Shown here one piece after another: positions 10,839 through 20,032 of a DNA stretch of 40,207 nt. The stretch is from IMG/VR virus record IMGVR_UViG_3300032373_000042, positions 1 to 40,207 of that record. One strand, given 5' to 3'. The notes under the pieces are model-generated. The model made no database searches, was not told the DNA's origin, and saw only the letters and a program-made list of their open reading frames with translations. Both the position numbers and the translations under genes were made by a program. This DNA is from a virus. Lineage: Duplodnaviria > Caudoviricetes. Positions within the stretch are counted from its first letter, which is position 1, and every line of letters begins with the position of its first letter.

Positions 10839-10868
10839 AAAAAAGGGAGGGCATATCGCCATCCCTTT
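10839..10868 (-). terminator. Intrinsic terminator after major capsid gene
   Basis: Minus strand AAAGGGATGGC-GATAT-GCCCTCCCTTT followed by a T run. Confidence 0.75.
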
Positions 10869-10924
10869 AGTTTCTAATAAATCAAAAATATGAAAAAAAA
10901 TAAAAATAGAAAGTTTTTTTCTAA

Positions 10925-11959
10925 TTATGATAATATCGTCGCCTTAACGATTGGGTTTGCGATCGTTGTCGGATCACTGTTGTACGGTGTTAAGATTGCA
11001 ACATCCACGGCGAAACCGTAATGTTCTTTTCTCGCTCTCGTATTGTCAGCCGTAGCCGCTCCCATTTGTGCGCTAAAGTCTCCTTTACTTTCGTAAAAGT
11101 ATGTCCCAACTGGGAAATTCAACATTGGTAAAGTATCGATACCCCATTCTGTACCGTCAGCCATTTGCGTACCCAATAAAGATTCTCTCTCGAATCTTGT
11201 TAAGATACCAACTGATCCACTCTGTACTGCGTAAGCGTTCGCAAACTCTCCCGCTGCATTTGGAATCCTTGTACTGAAATGTAGTTCTTTGTCAGAATAC
11301 TGCAAAGTTTTGTTTTCAGCGTTGTAAATGTCTTTTTCCGATAGGTTACGGATTACACTTTCATAACCGGCATTACCTAAAAGGTGGATCATTCCAAAAT
11401 GATCGTTTGCCGCCATCATTGGATTAATGTCTCCGATGATAGTTTCTCTTTGTGCGAATGTCCCTTGGATTGCATTTCCTACAACTGAGTAGTTTAATGC
11501 GTCCGCAATAACCTGAGTTTTGGCAGTAGATAAAGCGGCGATAGTCGCAGCGTCTAAAGTTTCCCCAAATTTATAAAGGTACTTTTCAAATTTACGTTGG
11601 AAGTCTCTTTGGATAGATACTTCATTGTTCATAAAGTTAGAAGGTACAATCGTGAATCCCCAAGCATAAGTGGCGAAAGTAAGTGTGTGCATTTGCGACG
11701 TGTTCTCGCTGTCTGCAATCGTAACCGATCGAGTGTTCCCGATAGTTACTCCACCGTCGTAATCGATTACCGGTGTTTGTAAGGTGTTCCCGATTGACGC
11801 TGCGGCCTTTTCGGATAATTCCGGAGTAATGATTCCGGCTGGATCGGCTGTTTGTTGCATAAACAAGTTTAACCCTCCATAACGGCTTGGGCGCAACTCG
11901 TTTTTATCCAAGTTACTTGACGATCTTACGTTTTGAATACGTGTGTTTATCAATGACAT
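10925..11959 (-). CDS. Major capsid protein
   Basis: 344 aa, downstream of the scaffold-like gene and followed by a terminator; size and composition fit a capsid protein. Confidence 0.75.
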   Translation of the reverse strand: MSLINTRIQNVRSSSNLDKNELRPSRYGGLNLFMQQTADPAGIITPELSEKAAASIGNTLQTPVIDYDGGVTIGNTRSVTIADSENTSQMHTLTFATYAWGFTIVPSNFMNNEVSIQRDFQRKFEKYLYKFGETLDAATIAALSTAKTQVIADALNYSVVGNAIQGTFAQRETIIGDINPMMAANDHFGMIHLLGNAGYESVIRNLSEKDIYNAENKTLQYSDKELHFSTRIPNAAGEFANAYAVQSGSVGILTRFERESLLGTQMADGTEWGIDTLPMLNFPVGTYFYESKGDFSAQMGAATADNTRARKEHYGFAVDVAILTPYNSDPTTIANPIVKATILS

Positions 11960-12033
11960 GATTAAAAATTTTAATGAGTTAATGGTTTTATAACTGTGTT
12001 ACCCTTGCACGTTATTTATTAATTGGTGCTAAA

Positions 12034-12321
12034 TTACTTCTTTTTTACAAATAACAAAAGGAATGTTTGTATAATTTTTGTATCTGCTATCCCGTTGGCG
12101 CACAATGCGGCGAATAAACCGTACAACATTGCGGTTAAAATAGACACGTCCTGAAGGATTCCAAGTCCTGAAATTTGAGCGATTACCATTAAGAAAACCC
12201 CCACAATCCAAGACAATGCCTGTACAATTATGTTTGGCGAGTTCTTTGTCTTGCCTAAAATTCTTTTAAGGAACTCCGTAATAAAAGGAATCGCCAATAC
12301 TAATAATATAAATACTTTCAT
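12034..12321 (-). CDS. Small 3-TM membrane protein (holin-like)
   Basis: 95 aa, three hydrophobic helices, basic C-terminus (VKKK). Confidence 0.6.
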   Translation of the reverse strand: MKVFILLVLAIPFITEFLKRILGKTKNSPNIIVQALSWIVGVFLMVIAQISGLGILQDVSILTAMLYGLFAALCANGIADTKIIQTFLLLFVKKK

Positions 12322-12338
12322 CTGTTTGATTTTAAATT

Positions 12339-12373
12339 AAAAAATAATACCCTCAGCATAACCGAGGGTATTA
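12339..12373 (-). terminator. Intrinsic terminator after scaffold gene
   Basis: Inverted repeat TAATACCCTC (12345-12354) / GAGGGTATTA (12364-12373) followed by a T run on the minus strand. Confidence 0.7.
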
Positions 12374-12385
12374 AATAGATATTTA

Positions 12386-13327
12386 TTAACGCATCGGTAA
12401 TTTAGATACGCCGTTTTTCTCTCGGATCTCGGCTTGCTTTTCCGCAAACGATGCCGTACCTCGCAATTCGCCTTGTTGTAACAAGTATTTTGATATAATA
12501 GAATCGGCCTCAACTTGTGTTTTAGCACCGGCAACCTCTACCAATTCGATAGCATCTGGACCAGTTCCGGGAGGTTTCGTCCCTGTACCTGGTTTCTTTT
12601 GCCCTAAATCGATAACGTCTTTTAATTTTTCCGAAATAAGTTCCGCAGCGGTGTAAGGTTTCAAACCGTTTGCCGTGTTTCTCATTATCTCGCCGTCCGC
12701 ACCTCTGAACACCATTACTTTTTTACCGTCTGCATCCACCCAATCAGGTTTCGCAGTTGCTAAAATCCCACTCGTTGCCGAGTCGATTAATGTTTTTTGT
12801 ACGCCTTCAGGATAACCCGCCTTAAATTTGATACCGCTTGTCGCTTTTCCAAATTCTGCGTTTACCTGTATTCCTGTGATTTGGCCTTGGAATTCTTTTT
12901 CCTTAGTAGTCCAACCCTGTTTGTCTGTGTCGTATTGAGTTTGTAACGCCGCCAAATTTGCTTCGGTATCTCTCAATTTTTGGACTGTCGCTTGGTCGCC
13001 TTGTCCTTTTTCGATCTTACTTTCTAAGTCTGCGACTTTAGTTTTATACGTATCGATTTCGGTTTGCAATGCGGTAGATCCTGTCGCTGAGGTTTTGAAT
13101 TCGCCAATTACTCTTTTCATGTAATCGAACGACTTTTCGCCCTCGGCTTTTGCAACTCCTGATGATTCCAACACATCTTTTTCGATGTTACCGTGGTGTT
13201 CGCCTATCTTGGTATTGATTACGACTGTTTCGTCGTTTACTGATAATGTAGTAATTGCCGCCACTTGGTCGTCGGTCAATTCTGTTAAAGCCTCGTTGGC
13301 TTTTAATACTTCTGGTGTAAGTGCCAT
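12386..13327 (-). CDS. Capsid scaffolding protein
   Basis: 313 aa, central coiled coil, Gly/Pro-rich linker (KPGTGTKPPGTG); lies between portal and capsid. Confidence 0.65.
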   Translation of the reverse strand: MALTPEVLKANEALTELTDDQVAAITTLSVNDETVVINTKIGEHHGNIEKDVLESSGVAKAEGEKSFDYMKRVIGEFKTSATGSTALQTEIDTYKTKVADLESKIEKGQGDQATVQKLRDTEANLAALQTQYDTDKQGWTTKEKEFQGQITGIQVNAEFGKATSGIKFKAGYPEGVQKTLIDSATSGILATAKPDWVDADGKKVMVFRGADGEIMRNTANGLKPYTAAELISEKLKDVIDLGQKKPGTGTKPPGTGPDAIELVEVAGAKTQVEADSIISKYLLQQGELRGTASFAEKQAEIREKNGVSKLPMR

Positions 13328-13357
13328 AATTTTACTCTTGAATTATGTTAATATAAT

Positions 13358-13382
13358 AGGGTACGACATTACGACGTACCCT
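13358..13382. promoter_or_regulatory. Intergenic hairpin (terminator or RNA stability element)
   Basis: AGGGTACG (13358-13365) / CGTACCCT (13375-13382), perfect 8-bp stem; weak U tail. Confidence 0.45.
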
Positions 13383-13392
13383 TTGAAAAATT

Positions 13393-13788
13393 TTATTTAT
13401 AGTTTTCTGGATTCCATAAAACTGTACACGTATAGCCTAAGCCTCCGCCGTTCTTTTGGTATGCGCCCCACTCTTTAGAATTGTACTTCTGTACAAAATC
13501 TTTAGTTAGTTTTTTACCGGTCGATGGGCTAAACACTTTCTTTTCCATTTTTACGTGGAACAAATGGCGTTCGTTTTCCTCTGGTAAATAATCGTTGTCG
13601 GCATCGCCTTGGGCTGCTTCGATTTTCTTTTCGTCTGCGGATTTCCCTTTTTTGGCTGCTGCCTTTTTCGCCGGTGCTTTTGCCTCAGGTGCTTTTGCCT
13701 CAGGTGTTTGAGCGTCTCCCAATAGGTCGTCGTTATTCTCCGTCGCCTGGTCCGCCTTCGGTGCTGCTTTCTTTTTGTTCTCTAACAT
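13393..13788 (-). CDS. Hypothetical head-region protein with low-complexity Ala/Lys/Pro N-terminus
   Basis: 131 aa; PEAKAPEAKAPAKK repeats; overlaps the 3' end of the portal gene. Confidence 0.6.
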   Translation of the reverse strand: MLENKKKAAPKADQATENNDDLLGDAQTPEAKAPEAKAPAKKAAAKKGKSADEKKIEAAQGDADNDYLPEENERHLFHVKMEKKVFSPSTGKKLTKDFVQKYNSKEWGAYQKNGGGLGYTCTVLWNPENYK

Positions 13789-15469
13789 AATCTTTAAATT
13801 TATCGGTTATTATTTTTATTTTACTTGCCGGGTCGAGTTGCATTCCAAATTCTACAATGTTGGTGTTCTCTCGCTCGAATCTGTCAACAAATGTATTAAA
13901 ATTAATTTTAACTTTTAATAAATCTTTATTTATTAACTCTTTGTCGTATAGTTTCAGGAGTTCGTCCAACGTAAAATGTCGGTATGGTTCGAGTTGTTTT
14001 AATACTCGCATTCTCTGGATCTTACTCGGATTGTTTCGGTGTTCTGTTGCGATTATTTGTTCACTCAACAAGTCAAGTTCTGCCGACGGTGCGCCGTTTG
14101 TTTTGGCCTGTTGGTACTGTTTGTATAATACATCTATTGAATAAATGTAAAATTCTGTACCCATACTGATATGATTTCCGATGTATCGGTCGCCGTATCT
14201 TAAACGACAACGAGTATCGTCCACGAATTTGATTGCGGCCTCGATATTGTCCTTCAGAGAATTAAGTACAGATACTTTACTCTCAAAATTGGCCGTTACT
14301 TGCATTTCGTTAATACTCTGTTTGGTTTGCATATCGCCACCAGCCCCAACCGACCCCGTGTATATTTTAGCTTTCAACCTCGCCACCTCCTCGACGTTGT
14401 AGTCCAAAGAGGAACGATCGACGGTTGTAATAGATACGGGATTCCTTAAATCTGGATCGTCTTTTGTTGGGATAGGCACCTCAACCAAAGATCCCGCACC
14501 GGTTAAACTTCTGGTCGAACATACTGGGCACTGTTGTACCCCTCCAGTTCTTAATATTTTATAGTTCTCGTCGTCGCCTCTTAAATATCCGCCGTCGCAG
14601 TAGTCGCCTGTCTCGTTGTTCTCAAAATCACAATCGGCCTCATATACTGAATATATCGGGTAAGCTGCGTATAAATCTAGAGACTTTTTACTCGTCGCAA
14701 AAAACAACGCCCAATCCATGTCGGCGAGTTGTGCCGATATTGGGGACTTCTTTACGTCTGGTGTGTTTTGGTTTAATTCCGTGGACCAAAAAAAACGGGC
14801 AGGACAAAACCCCAATCCGTGTTCCACGCTCTCGGGTTCGGCGTCTGTAATCTGGTTGTGGTCGTCAGTTTCGTATATCGACATTACCTTGTCGTCAAAT
14901 ACTGCGATCCTACCGTCTGCCTGTCTGAAAATAATATATTTTAGTTCGCCATTCTCGTAATCGTAGTCGATAACGTTCTCAATACCGAGCCAATAAAAGT
15001 AAGGTTCTGGAAATTCTGTCGTTTGTTCCTTTGGTAGATCCACAATCAAAACAGAATTAATCTTGGTTTTAACTGCGTCCCATCCTTTTTTCCTCCAAAT
15101 CTCGTTGTCGCCGTGGTCTTTTTTATATTGTTGCCAATCTGCTTTCAGTTCTGAGTCTGTAAATTCATACTCAAATGATGGATTACGTCCGTCGAATACA
15201 CGTTCCAACTCTTTAAAGATGGTATCGGATAAACTAACGATCGGAGTTGGGAATCTGAAAAGCGATACAAAGATCGAGAATTTGTCTTTTGGGATTAAAG
15301 TTTTAACCCAATCGAGGAACATTGTCGCCGGGCGTGAGACTTCCGACTGCTCCATAAAACTTTCGACATGAAAACGTACTCGGTTCTCATGTCGGATAGC
15401 TTTATTTATTTGGTTAGCCCTGTTCGGACTTTGTACCAGTTTTTTTATTTGATTTAACAGTAAGGCCAT
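13733..15469 (-). CDS. Portal protein
   Basis: About 578 aa using the MALLLNQ start at 15469 (track start 15514); position upstream of scaffold and capsid; EHGLGFCPARFF resembles portal motifs; Cys-rich insert. Confidence 0.75.
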   Translation of the reverse strand: MALLLNQIKKLVQSPNRANQINKAIRHENRVRFHVESFMEQSEVSRPATMFLDWVKTLIPKDKFSIFVSLFRFPTPIVSLSDTIFKELERVFDGRNPSFEYEFTDSELKADWQQYKKDHGDNEIWRKKGWDAVKTKINSVLIVDLPKEQTTEFPEPYFYWLGIENVIDYDYENGELKYIIFRQADGRIAVFDDKVMSIYETDDHNQITDAEPESVEHGLGFCPARFFWSTELNQNTPDVKKSPISAQLADMDWALFFATSKKSLDLYAAYPIYSVYEADCDFENNETGDYCDGGYLRGDDENYKILRTGGVQQCPVCSTRSLTGAGSLVEVPIPTKDDPDLRNPVSITTVDRSSLDYNVEEVARLKAKIYTGSVGAGGDMQTKQSINEMQVTANFESKVSVLNSLKDNIEAAIKFVDDTRCRLRYGDRYIGNHISMGTEFYIYSIDVLYKQYQQAKTNGAPSAELDLLSEQIIATEHRNNPSKIQRMRVLKQLEPYRHFTLDELLKLYDKELINKDLLKVKINFNTFVDRFERENTNIVEFGMQLDPASKIKIITDKFKDYVREQKESSTEGGPGDGE

Positions 15470-15617
15470 TTGTATCGAAAATATATTTAGAGTCAGTCGG
15501 TAATTTCCAACCACCGTTGTTTGGCATTTTTAAAATGCGCTCGGCGTGGTTAATCTCGAAAGATTCTTTTTTATCTCCGATTTGAAGCTCTACGGTTTTA
15601 ACTCTTTCTGTTCCCAT
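15414..15617 (-). CDS. Hypothetical protein
   Basis: 67 aa with ATG start, coupled between two structural genes. Confidence 0.6.
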   Translation of the reverse strand: MGTERVKTVELQIGDKKESFEINHAERILKMPNNGGWKLPTDSKYIFDTNGLTVKSNKKTGTKSEQG

Positions 15618-15627
15618 GGTGGTAAAC

Positions 15628-16272
15628 TTATGGAGTTACTAAATCAGTTAGGGCATTAAAGTCTGTCGGAGTGATAATCACTAATTTGTCAGACCAGTTT
15701 GGTGGAAATTTCCACGCAATAGAGTTCATGTCCGCACCTTCTAAACCTCCGAATGCTTTGTCCCCTACGAATAACGCAGCGATTGGGATTGGGAAAATTT
15801 CGGTTGGTGTGTCCACATCGTCAGCAAGTGCGATAATTCTACCAAATTCATCGGCTAAATAAACACCTACGTTTCCTTCAGTCTGGTATTTTTTTAACTC
15901 AGCGATAGTCGCCTGAGACGTAAACAAAAGATTTCCGGTAAAAGATGTCGGCTCTCTACCAATGATAATTGGAATACCTCCCAATGTTTCATTTCCGCCG
16001 CCGAATTCTCTGGCTGCTCCTGGTTCTGTCGTTGGTGCTTGGATGTACGGAGTTTGTACGGCTTTCGTTCCATCAGCCGCAGCCAATAAAGGCGACCAAC
16101 TCGCAAGTACGTTCGGGTTTGCCGTAGCAACCACGAATTTATTTTTTACTGCTCCGGTAGAATATAGTCTTTGGATAACAGCTTTTTGGATTTGACCGAC
16201 TGACTCCGGGCATCTTGCGATACCAACGTCAGCAATGGCAGCCCCTTGTGGGCAGTTTACTAATAATCCCAT
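15628..16272 (-). CDS. Virion structural protein, possibly major tail tube protein
   Basis: 214 aa, Gly/Ala/Thr-rich and beta-like; first gene after a promoter-like box; no other tube-sized candidate near the tape measure. Function is inference. Confidence 0.5.
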   Translation of the reverse strand: MGLLVNCPQGAAIADVGIARCPESVGQIQKAVIQRLYSTGAVKNKFVVATANPNVLASWSPLLAAADGTKAVQTPYIQAPTTEPGAAREFGGGNETLGGIPIIIGREPTSFTGNLLFTSQATIAELKKYQTEGNVGVYLADEFGRIIALADDVDTPTEIFPIPIAALFVGDKAFGGLEGADMNSIAWKFPPNWSDKLVIITPTDFNALTDLVTP

Positions 16273-16309
16273 TTTGCAGATTGTTTTTAATTAATATAAA
16301 ATTACGGTA

Positions 16310-16317
16310 CGAAGATA
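16310..16317 (-). promoter_or_regulatory. Bacteroidota-type -7 promoter box (variant) for structural operon
   Basis: Minus strand TATCTTCG versus consensus TAnnTTTG, about 38 nt upstream of the 16272 ATG. Confidence 0.45.
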
Positions 16318-16390
16318 TAATAAAATTTTAATATACAACAATGCAAAAAACAAAATAAACTTTGTTTTAGTTTTTATTAAAAAAAAGTTT

Positions 16391-16398
16391 TATATTTG
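16391..16398 (+). promoter_or_regulatory. Bacteroidota-type -7 promoter box for antisense two-gene unit
   Basis: TATATTTG is an exact TAnnTTTG match, 22 nt upstream of the ATG at 16421. Confidence 0.65.
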
Positions 16399-16420
16399 TG
16401 CTAATCAAAATAATAGAAAC

Positions 16421-16594
16421 ATGAAAACATTAGAATTTAAAAACAAAAACCGACAAACGGTGTTCGATGGTTTAACCGATTTTTTAATCAAATCAAAACG
16501 GGACGATTCCGAAATTTGTGTCGTGAATGTTAATTCGTTCCTCAATGAATTAGACGGACATTGGTACGTACAAGTTTCGTGTTACGATAACTAA
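16421..16594 (+). CDS. Small hypothetical protein (57 aa)
   Basis: Manual translation MKTLEFKNKNRQTVFDGLTDFLIKSKRDDSEICVVNVNSFLNELDGHWYVQVSCYDN*; A-rich leader and upstream promoter; below the track cut-off. Confidence 0.7.
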   Translation: MKTLEFKNKNRQTVFDGLTDFLIKSKRDDSEICVVNVNSFLNELDGHWYVQVSCYDN

Positions 16595-16599
16595 AAAAT

Positions 16600-16779
16600 A
16601 TGGCGATCAAAAACAAATCTTTAGAAATTAAAAACCCGTGCGACTTATGTGGTGGGGAAATGTTGGGTATGTCTTATCCTGTTTACGACGAAAATTACAA
16701 TATCCAAAGAGGTGTAAAACAATGTAAAAATTGTCAAACTGACAATTTAGCTCTCGGATTATCTAACTCAATGAGGTAA
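16600..16779 (+). CDS. Small zinc-ribbon-like protein (59 aa)
   Basis: MAIKNKSLEIKNPCDLCGGEMLGMSYPVYDENYNIQRGVKQCKNCQTDNLALGLSNSMR*; two CxxC motifs; starts 5 nt after the previous stop. Confidence 0.7.
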   Translation: MAIKNKSLEIKNPCDLCGGEMLGMSYPVYDENYNIQRGVKQCKNCQTDNLALGLSNSMR

Positions 16780-16802
16780 TTAAACCACCTCAACAAGTAT
16801 TT

Positions 16803-16831
16803 AAAGCCTGACATCATTGTCGGGCTTTTTT
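16803..16831 (+). terminator. Intrinsic terminator between convergent moron and terL (possibly bidirectional)
   Basis: AAAGCCTGACA-TCAT-TGTCGGGCTTT followed by further T residues. Confidence 0.75.
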
Positions 16832-18254
16832 AGTTCCTACGTTTAACGCCTTTTTTCTTTGGCTTCTTACCACCAACCATCATTGTAACGCAATCGACGT
16901 ACTCGTCATGTGCTGCATTCGGAAACGTTGTTAACTGATCCAAAAAGGGTTTGTTCCATAGGCCACGGATAAGTTTAACCCTCTGGGCTTCACACGTTGG
17001 GGACGAGTCCTTCGCCCTTGCCGTTTTATCTTTGGCGGGTGGTACGCCCTCTTTGCAATTTAGTTTGGTTTCTTTTTTCAACGTCTGGACCAGGGATTTA
17101 CCCGATGCCTTTGGCTCGATCTCGACTATTGATCGGCGGGAATATCCGTTGAGGTGTGCGAATGTTGGCAACGCTTTACACAATGCCGGGAACTCCAAAT
17201 GTTCCGTTTCTGCCTTCCTGATTATAAAATCGTTTTCATATTCGGCGTATGCGATATACCCCGACGGATCGTTGTCCTCGTTCTCGGTGTATGCCGTATC
17301 GGCGACAAAGTTCCAAACGAGGTTGGAATATTCCTGTTTCCAATCGATAATCGGAAACCAATCTCGTTTGAAGATACCACCTTCATCGGGTGCCGGCTTC
17401 TGGTCGAACTGTCCCGCATATCCGAACGATCCCAAATCCGTTTTAGATTCTGCCAGTACCTCAGCATCCAGACGAACGGGGTCGAGTAATCCGCCCACGT
17501 AATTGTCTGCGAGTTCTGGAGGTAGTACGTTGCCTTTATTCTCAGCGGGCAAACAAATATGTTTAATCTTTTTGCCTTTTTTGGATAACATCTCGCCCGT
17601 TGGATCTTGTTCGTGCAATCGCTGCATTATCAAAATCGTAACGGATATTTTTTTGTCAACCTTACGGGTTGATAGTGTCTTTGTACAAAAGTCGTTGGCG
17701 GTTTCTCGCTCTGTATCTGAGGCCGCCTGTTTAGGATTTAACGGGTCGTCGATTATGATTTGGTGCGAGTGCATCCCGGTAATTGTTCCACCCGTTGAGG
17801 TTGTGAACCGTTGCCCTCCTGACGTGTTAAGAAAGTCGGATTTTGCTCTCTGGTCCTGTTTTAACCGAACTGAAGGGAACAAAGTTTGGTATTTGTCAGA
17901 GTTTATAATATCCCTCGTTTTGGCTGCATGAGACAAGGCCAACGAATGGGAATAACTCGACCCGATGTGCCGTTGTGCTGCATCGTCCAACCATACCCAG
18001 GCGGTGTACATCTGCGTCGCAATCGTGGATTTAGTAGATCCCGGCGGTATGTTTATTATTAAATCATACGGTTTTGGTTTACGAGCTTTTACAAATGTGT
18101 TCAAGTATTGCAGCTCGTCGCATAAATATTTTATGTGCCAGTTCCAGACGGGATCTTCGGGTATTATTACACTCCAAAACTCTTGTACAAATCTGTAAAA
18201 AGATCGTCGGCATAATTCGGCTAATGCCTCGTTAGGATTTAGATTTATTGACAT
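16830..18254 (-). CDS. terL: Terminase large subunit
   Basis: Walker A variant NIPPGSTKS, Walker B IIIDDP, IMQRLHEQD motif, C-terminal nuclease FPNAAHDEYVD. Confidence 0.93.
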   Translation of the reverse strand: MSINLNPNEALAELCRRSFYRFVQEFWSVIIPEDPVWNWHIKYLCDELQYLNTFVKARKPKPYDLIINIPPGSTKSTIATQMYTAWVWLDDAAQRHIGSSYSHSLALSHAAKTRDIINSDKYQTLFPSVRLKQDQRAKSDFLNTSGGQRFTTSTGGTITGMHSHQIIIDDPLNPKQAASDTERETANDFCTKTLSTRKVDKKISVTILIMQRLHEQDPTGEMLSKKGKKIKHICLPAENKGNVLPPELADNYVGGLLDPVRLDAEVLAESKTDLGSFGYAGQFDQKPAPDEGGIFKRDWFPIIDWKQEYSNLVWNFVADTAYTENEDNDPSGYIAYAEYENDFIIRKAETEHLEFPALCKALPTFAHLNGYSRRSIVEIEPKASGKSLVQTLKKETKLNCKEGVPPAKDKTARAKDSSPTCEAQRVKLIRGLWNKPFLDQLTTFPNAAHDEYVDCVTMMVGGKKPKKKGVKRRN

Positions 18255-18747
18255 CGGCTTGTTTTGCTAATTCCTCCAGGAACTCCGGAGATAGTTTCGA
18301 GTAATCGACTGTTTGTACGGGTTTGTCCCCGCCTGTTATTGTGGTTTCGATTTTGTCGCCGTATTTCTTTGGTTTCATTCGAGATAAAACCCATTTGTGC
18401 GTGTCAACTTGCAATCGGCGGTGTTGTATCATATCCGCCTCGGTTACTTCCACACCGTTAGCCCCGCCGATTTTGGTAACTGTTCCAGTCTGCGGAGTGT
18501 TGGCGATATTTAACATCTTTTCAAACAGTAAATCCGCCCGGATGTCCCTCGCACGCTCGTAGTTCTCGGTAAATACCGCATCGAATTGATTATGTGATTT
18601 TTGTAACCACCCATAAACCGTTGAATTGTTAGGGAATTCGCCCAAAACGTCATTTTTCAGTATGTCGTGCAAGGATCGGCACTCGCTCCCTGTCATTTCC
18701 TCCAGTATTCGGCTTTTCATTAAGTCTTTTTCCTCGGTGCTGTACAT
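18232..18747 (-). CDS. terS: Terminase small subunit
   Basis: N-terminal HTH (PNNSTVYGWL), YERAR and RRLQVDTHKWVLSRMKPKKYGDK motifs; overlaps terL. Confidence 0.88.
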   Translation of the reverse strand: MYSTEEKDLMKSRILEEMTGSECRSLHDILKNDVLGEFPNNSTVYGWLQKSHNQFDAVFTENYERARDIRADLLFEKMLNIANTPQTGTVTKIGGANGVEVTEADMIQHRRLQVDTHKWVLSRMKPKKYGDKIETTITGGDKPVQTVDYSKLSPEFLEELAKQADVNKSKS

Positions 18748-18766
18748 TTCTAAAAATAATTTTTAA

Positions 18767-18774
18767 CAAATCTA
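18767..18774 (-). promoter_or_regulatory. Bacteroidota-type -7 promoter box upstream of terS
   Basis: Minus strand TAGATTTG, 19 nt before the terS ATG; the same octamer occurs at 21929 and 27892. Confidence 0.65.
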
Positions 18775-18794
18775 CAAAATAAATACAAAACCAT

Positions 18795-19262
18795 CGCCGT
18801 AAACAATAAATTTTACTGTATTACATTGGCAATCAACTAATTAACCCAAACACCGAGAAAAGGAAACAATAAAAGTACCTGTATTGTTCCTCTGTAACTA
18901 CCTATAAACTAAAAAGTTAAGAGGCTAAAAAAGCAATTGTAAACAATGTAAACGATACCCACGGCCACATATATAATATACTAATAACGCGTAATATGGG
19001 GTATTTTCTATATATTATATAATATAAAAAGATATAGTATTTTATTGTTTACATTGTTTATATACTACCTCAACCCTTTAAATACGGCAGTTTCGGCGTA
19101 AACAATCATTGTTTACCATTGTTTACGTTGTTTACCTGGTTAGTGCTTCCGTATAGTTTGGTCTTTTTATTGTTTACATTGTTTACCGCTTGCAAACCTT
19201 TATAAATCAATTAGTTAAGTGTAAACAATGGTTGTTTACCTTTGTTTCTATTGTTTACGGCT
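18795..19262. repeat. Non-coding iteron-like array (TTGTTTAC / GTAAACAA) around an AT-rich core; candidate origin or pac region, copy 1
   Basis: More than a dozen exact or near copies of TTGTTTAC in both orientations; AT-rich centre at about 18965-19045. Confidence 0.7.
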
Positions 19263-19287
19263 GCCGCTTGGGTATTTTTTAGATGTG

Positions 19288-19997
19288 TTACGAGAAAATG
19301 AATTGATCTTGGTGTACGAATAGTTTTTCCGTTGCTTTTTTAGTGTTACTGACTCCTGATGTGTTTAAAACTTCTTTCTCCCAAACACACATAAAATCGT
19401 TCGGGGCTTGGTACTCAGAGATAAAAACAGAATGTCCCTCAATGACTTTTTGCCTCACCCACTCCCAAAAAGATGTATGGTCGAACTCTACGCCGTACCC
19501 CGCAGTACCTTTATACGGGGGTCGCAGTAAATTACTGAGTTTTTAGGGATGTTTAGGTCTGAAAAACTGCTATTTTTTAAAATGACATTTTGCAGTCTAC
19601 CTGACTGGATGAGTACATTTTCAACACACTCCTTTACATAATCCGTCCCTTTTTTATTCTTCGCCCAATATCCTTTGAATTTAGCTCCGAAAGTGTACTG
19701 GAACATCGCAAAACAGTCCACGGGGTTTTCTAAATTGCTTTTTTTAGCCTCGTTAAAATCCTCCTCTGAGTATTCGAGGCTATTTCGGGGTATGTCGTCC
19801 GGGTTGTCTCTTATTAACTCCAGTGCTTTTATAAGATATTTATTCACATCCGCACCAATTCGGTTTCCTTTGACTTTATCAATAAGATTTGCACCACCGA
19901 CAAAAGGTTCGACATACCATTGGTCTGGTTTTCTGTCCTTCAGTATTATGGGTAAAATATCTTTGGAAATTCGGTTTTTGCTGCCCATGTATTTCAT
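19288..19997 (-). pseudogene. D12-class DNA adenine methyltransferase, frameshifted in the DPPY motif
   Basis: N-terminus KYMGSK...YVEPFVGG. Adding one C to the C5 tract (19517-19521) restores YCDPPYKGTAGY...VFISEYQAPNDF...TEKLF to a stop at 19288-19290 (236 aa). Confidence 0.85.
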
Positions 19998-20032
19998 AAA
20001 AATAACGTATAATGTTTTTAATTTTGTAGAAT

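Noticed and set aside
13733-15469. Portal gene overlaps both neighbours by 56 nt
   Set aside because: This depends on my start-codon choice and no shared sequence is visible; it is probably coincidence.
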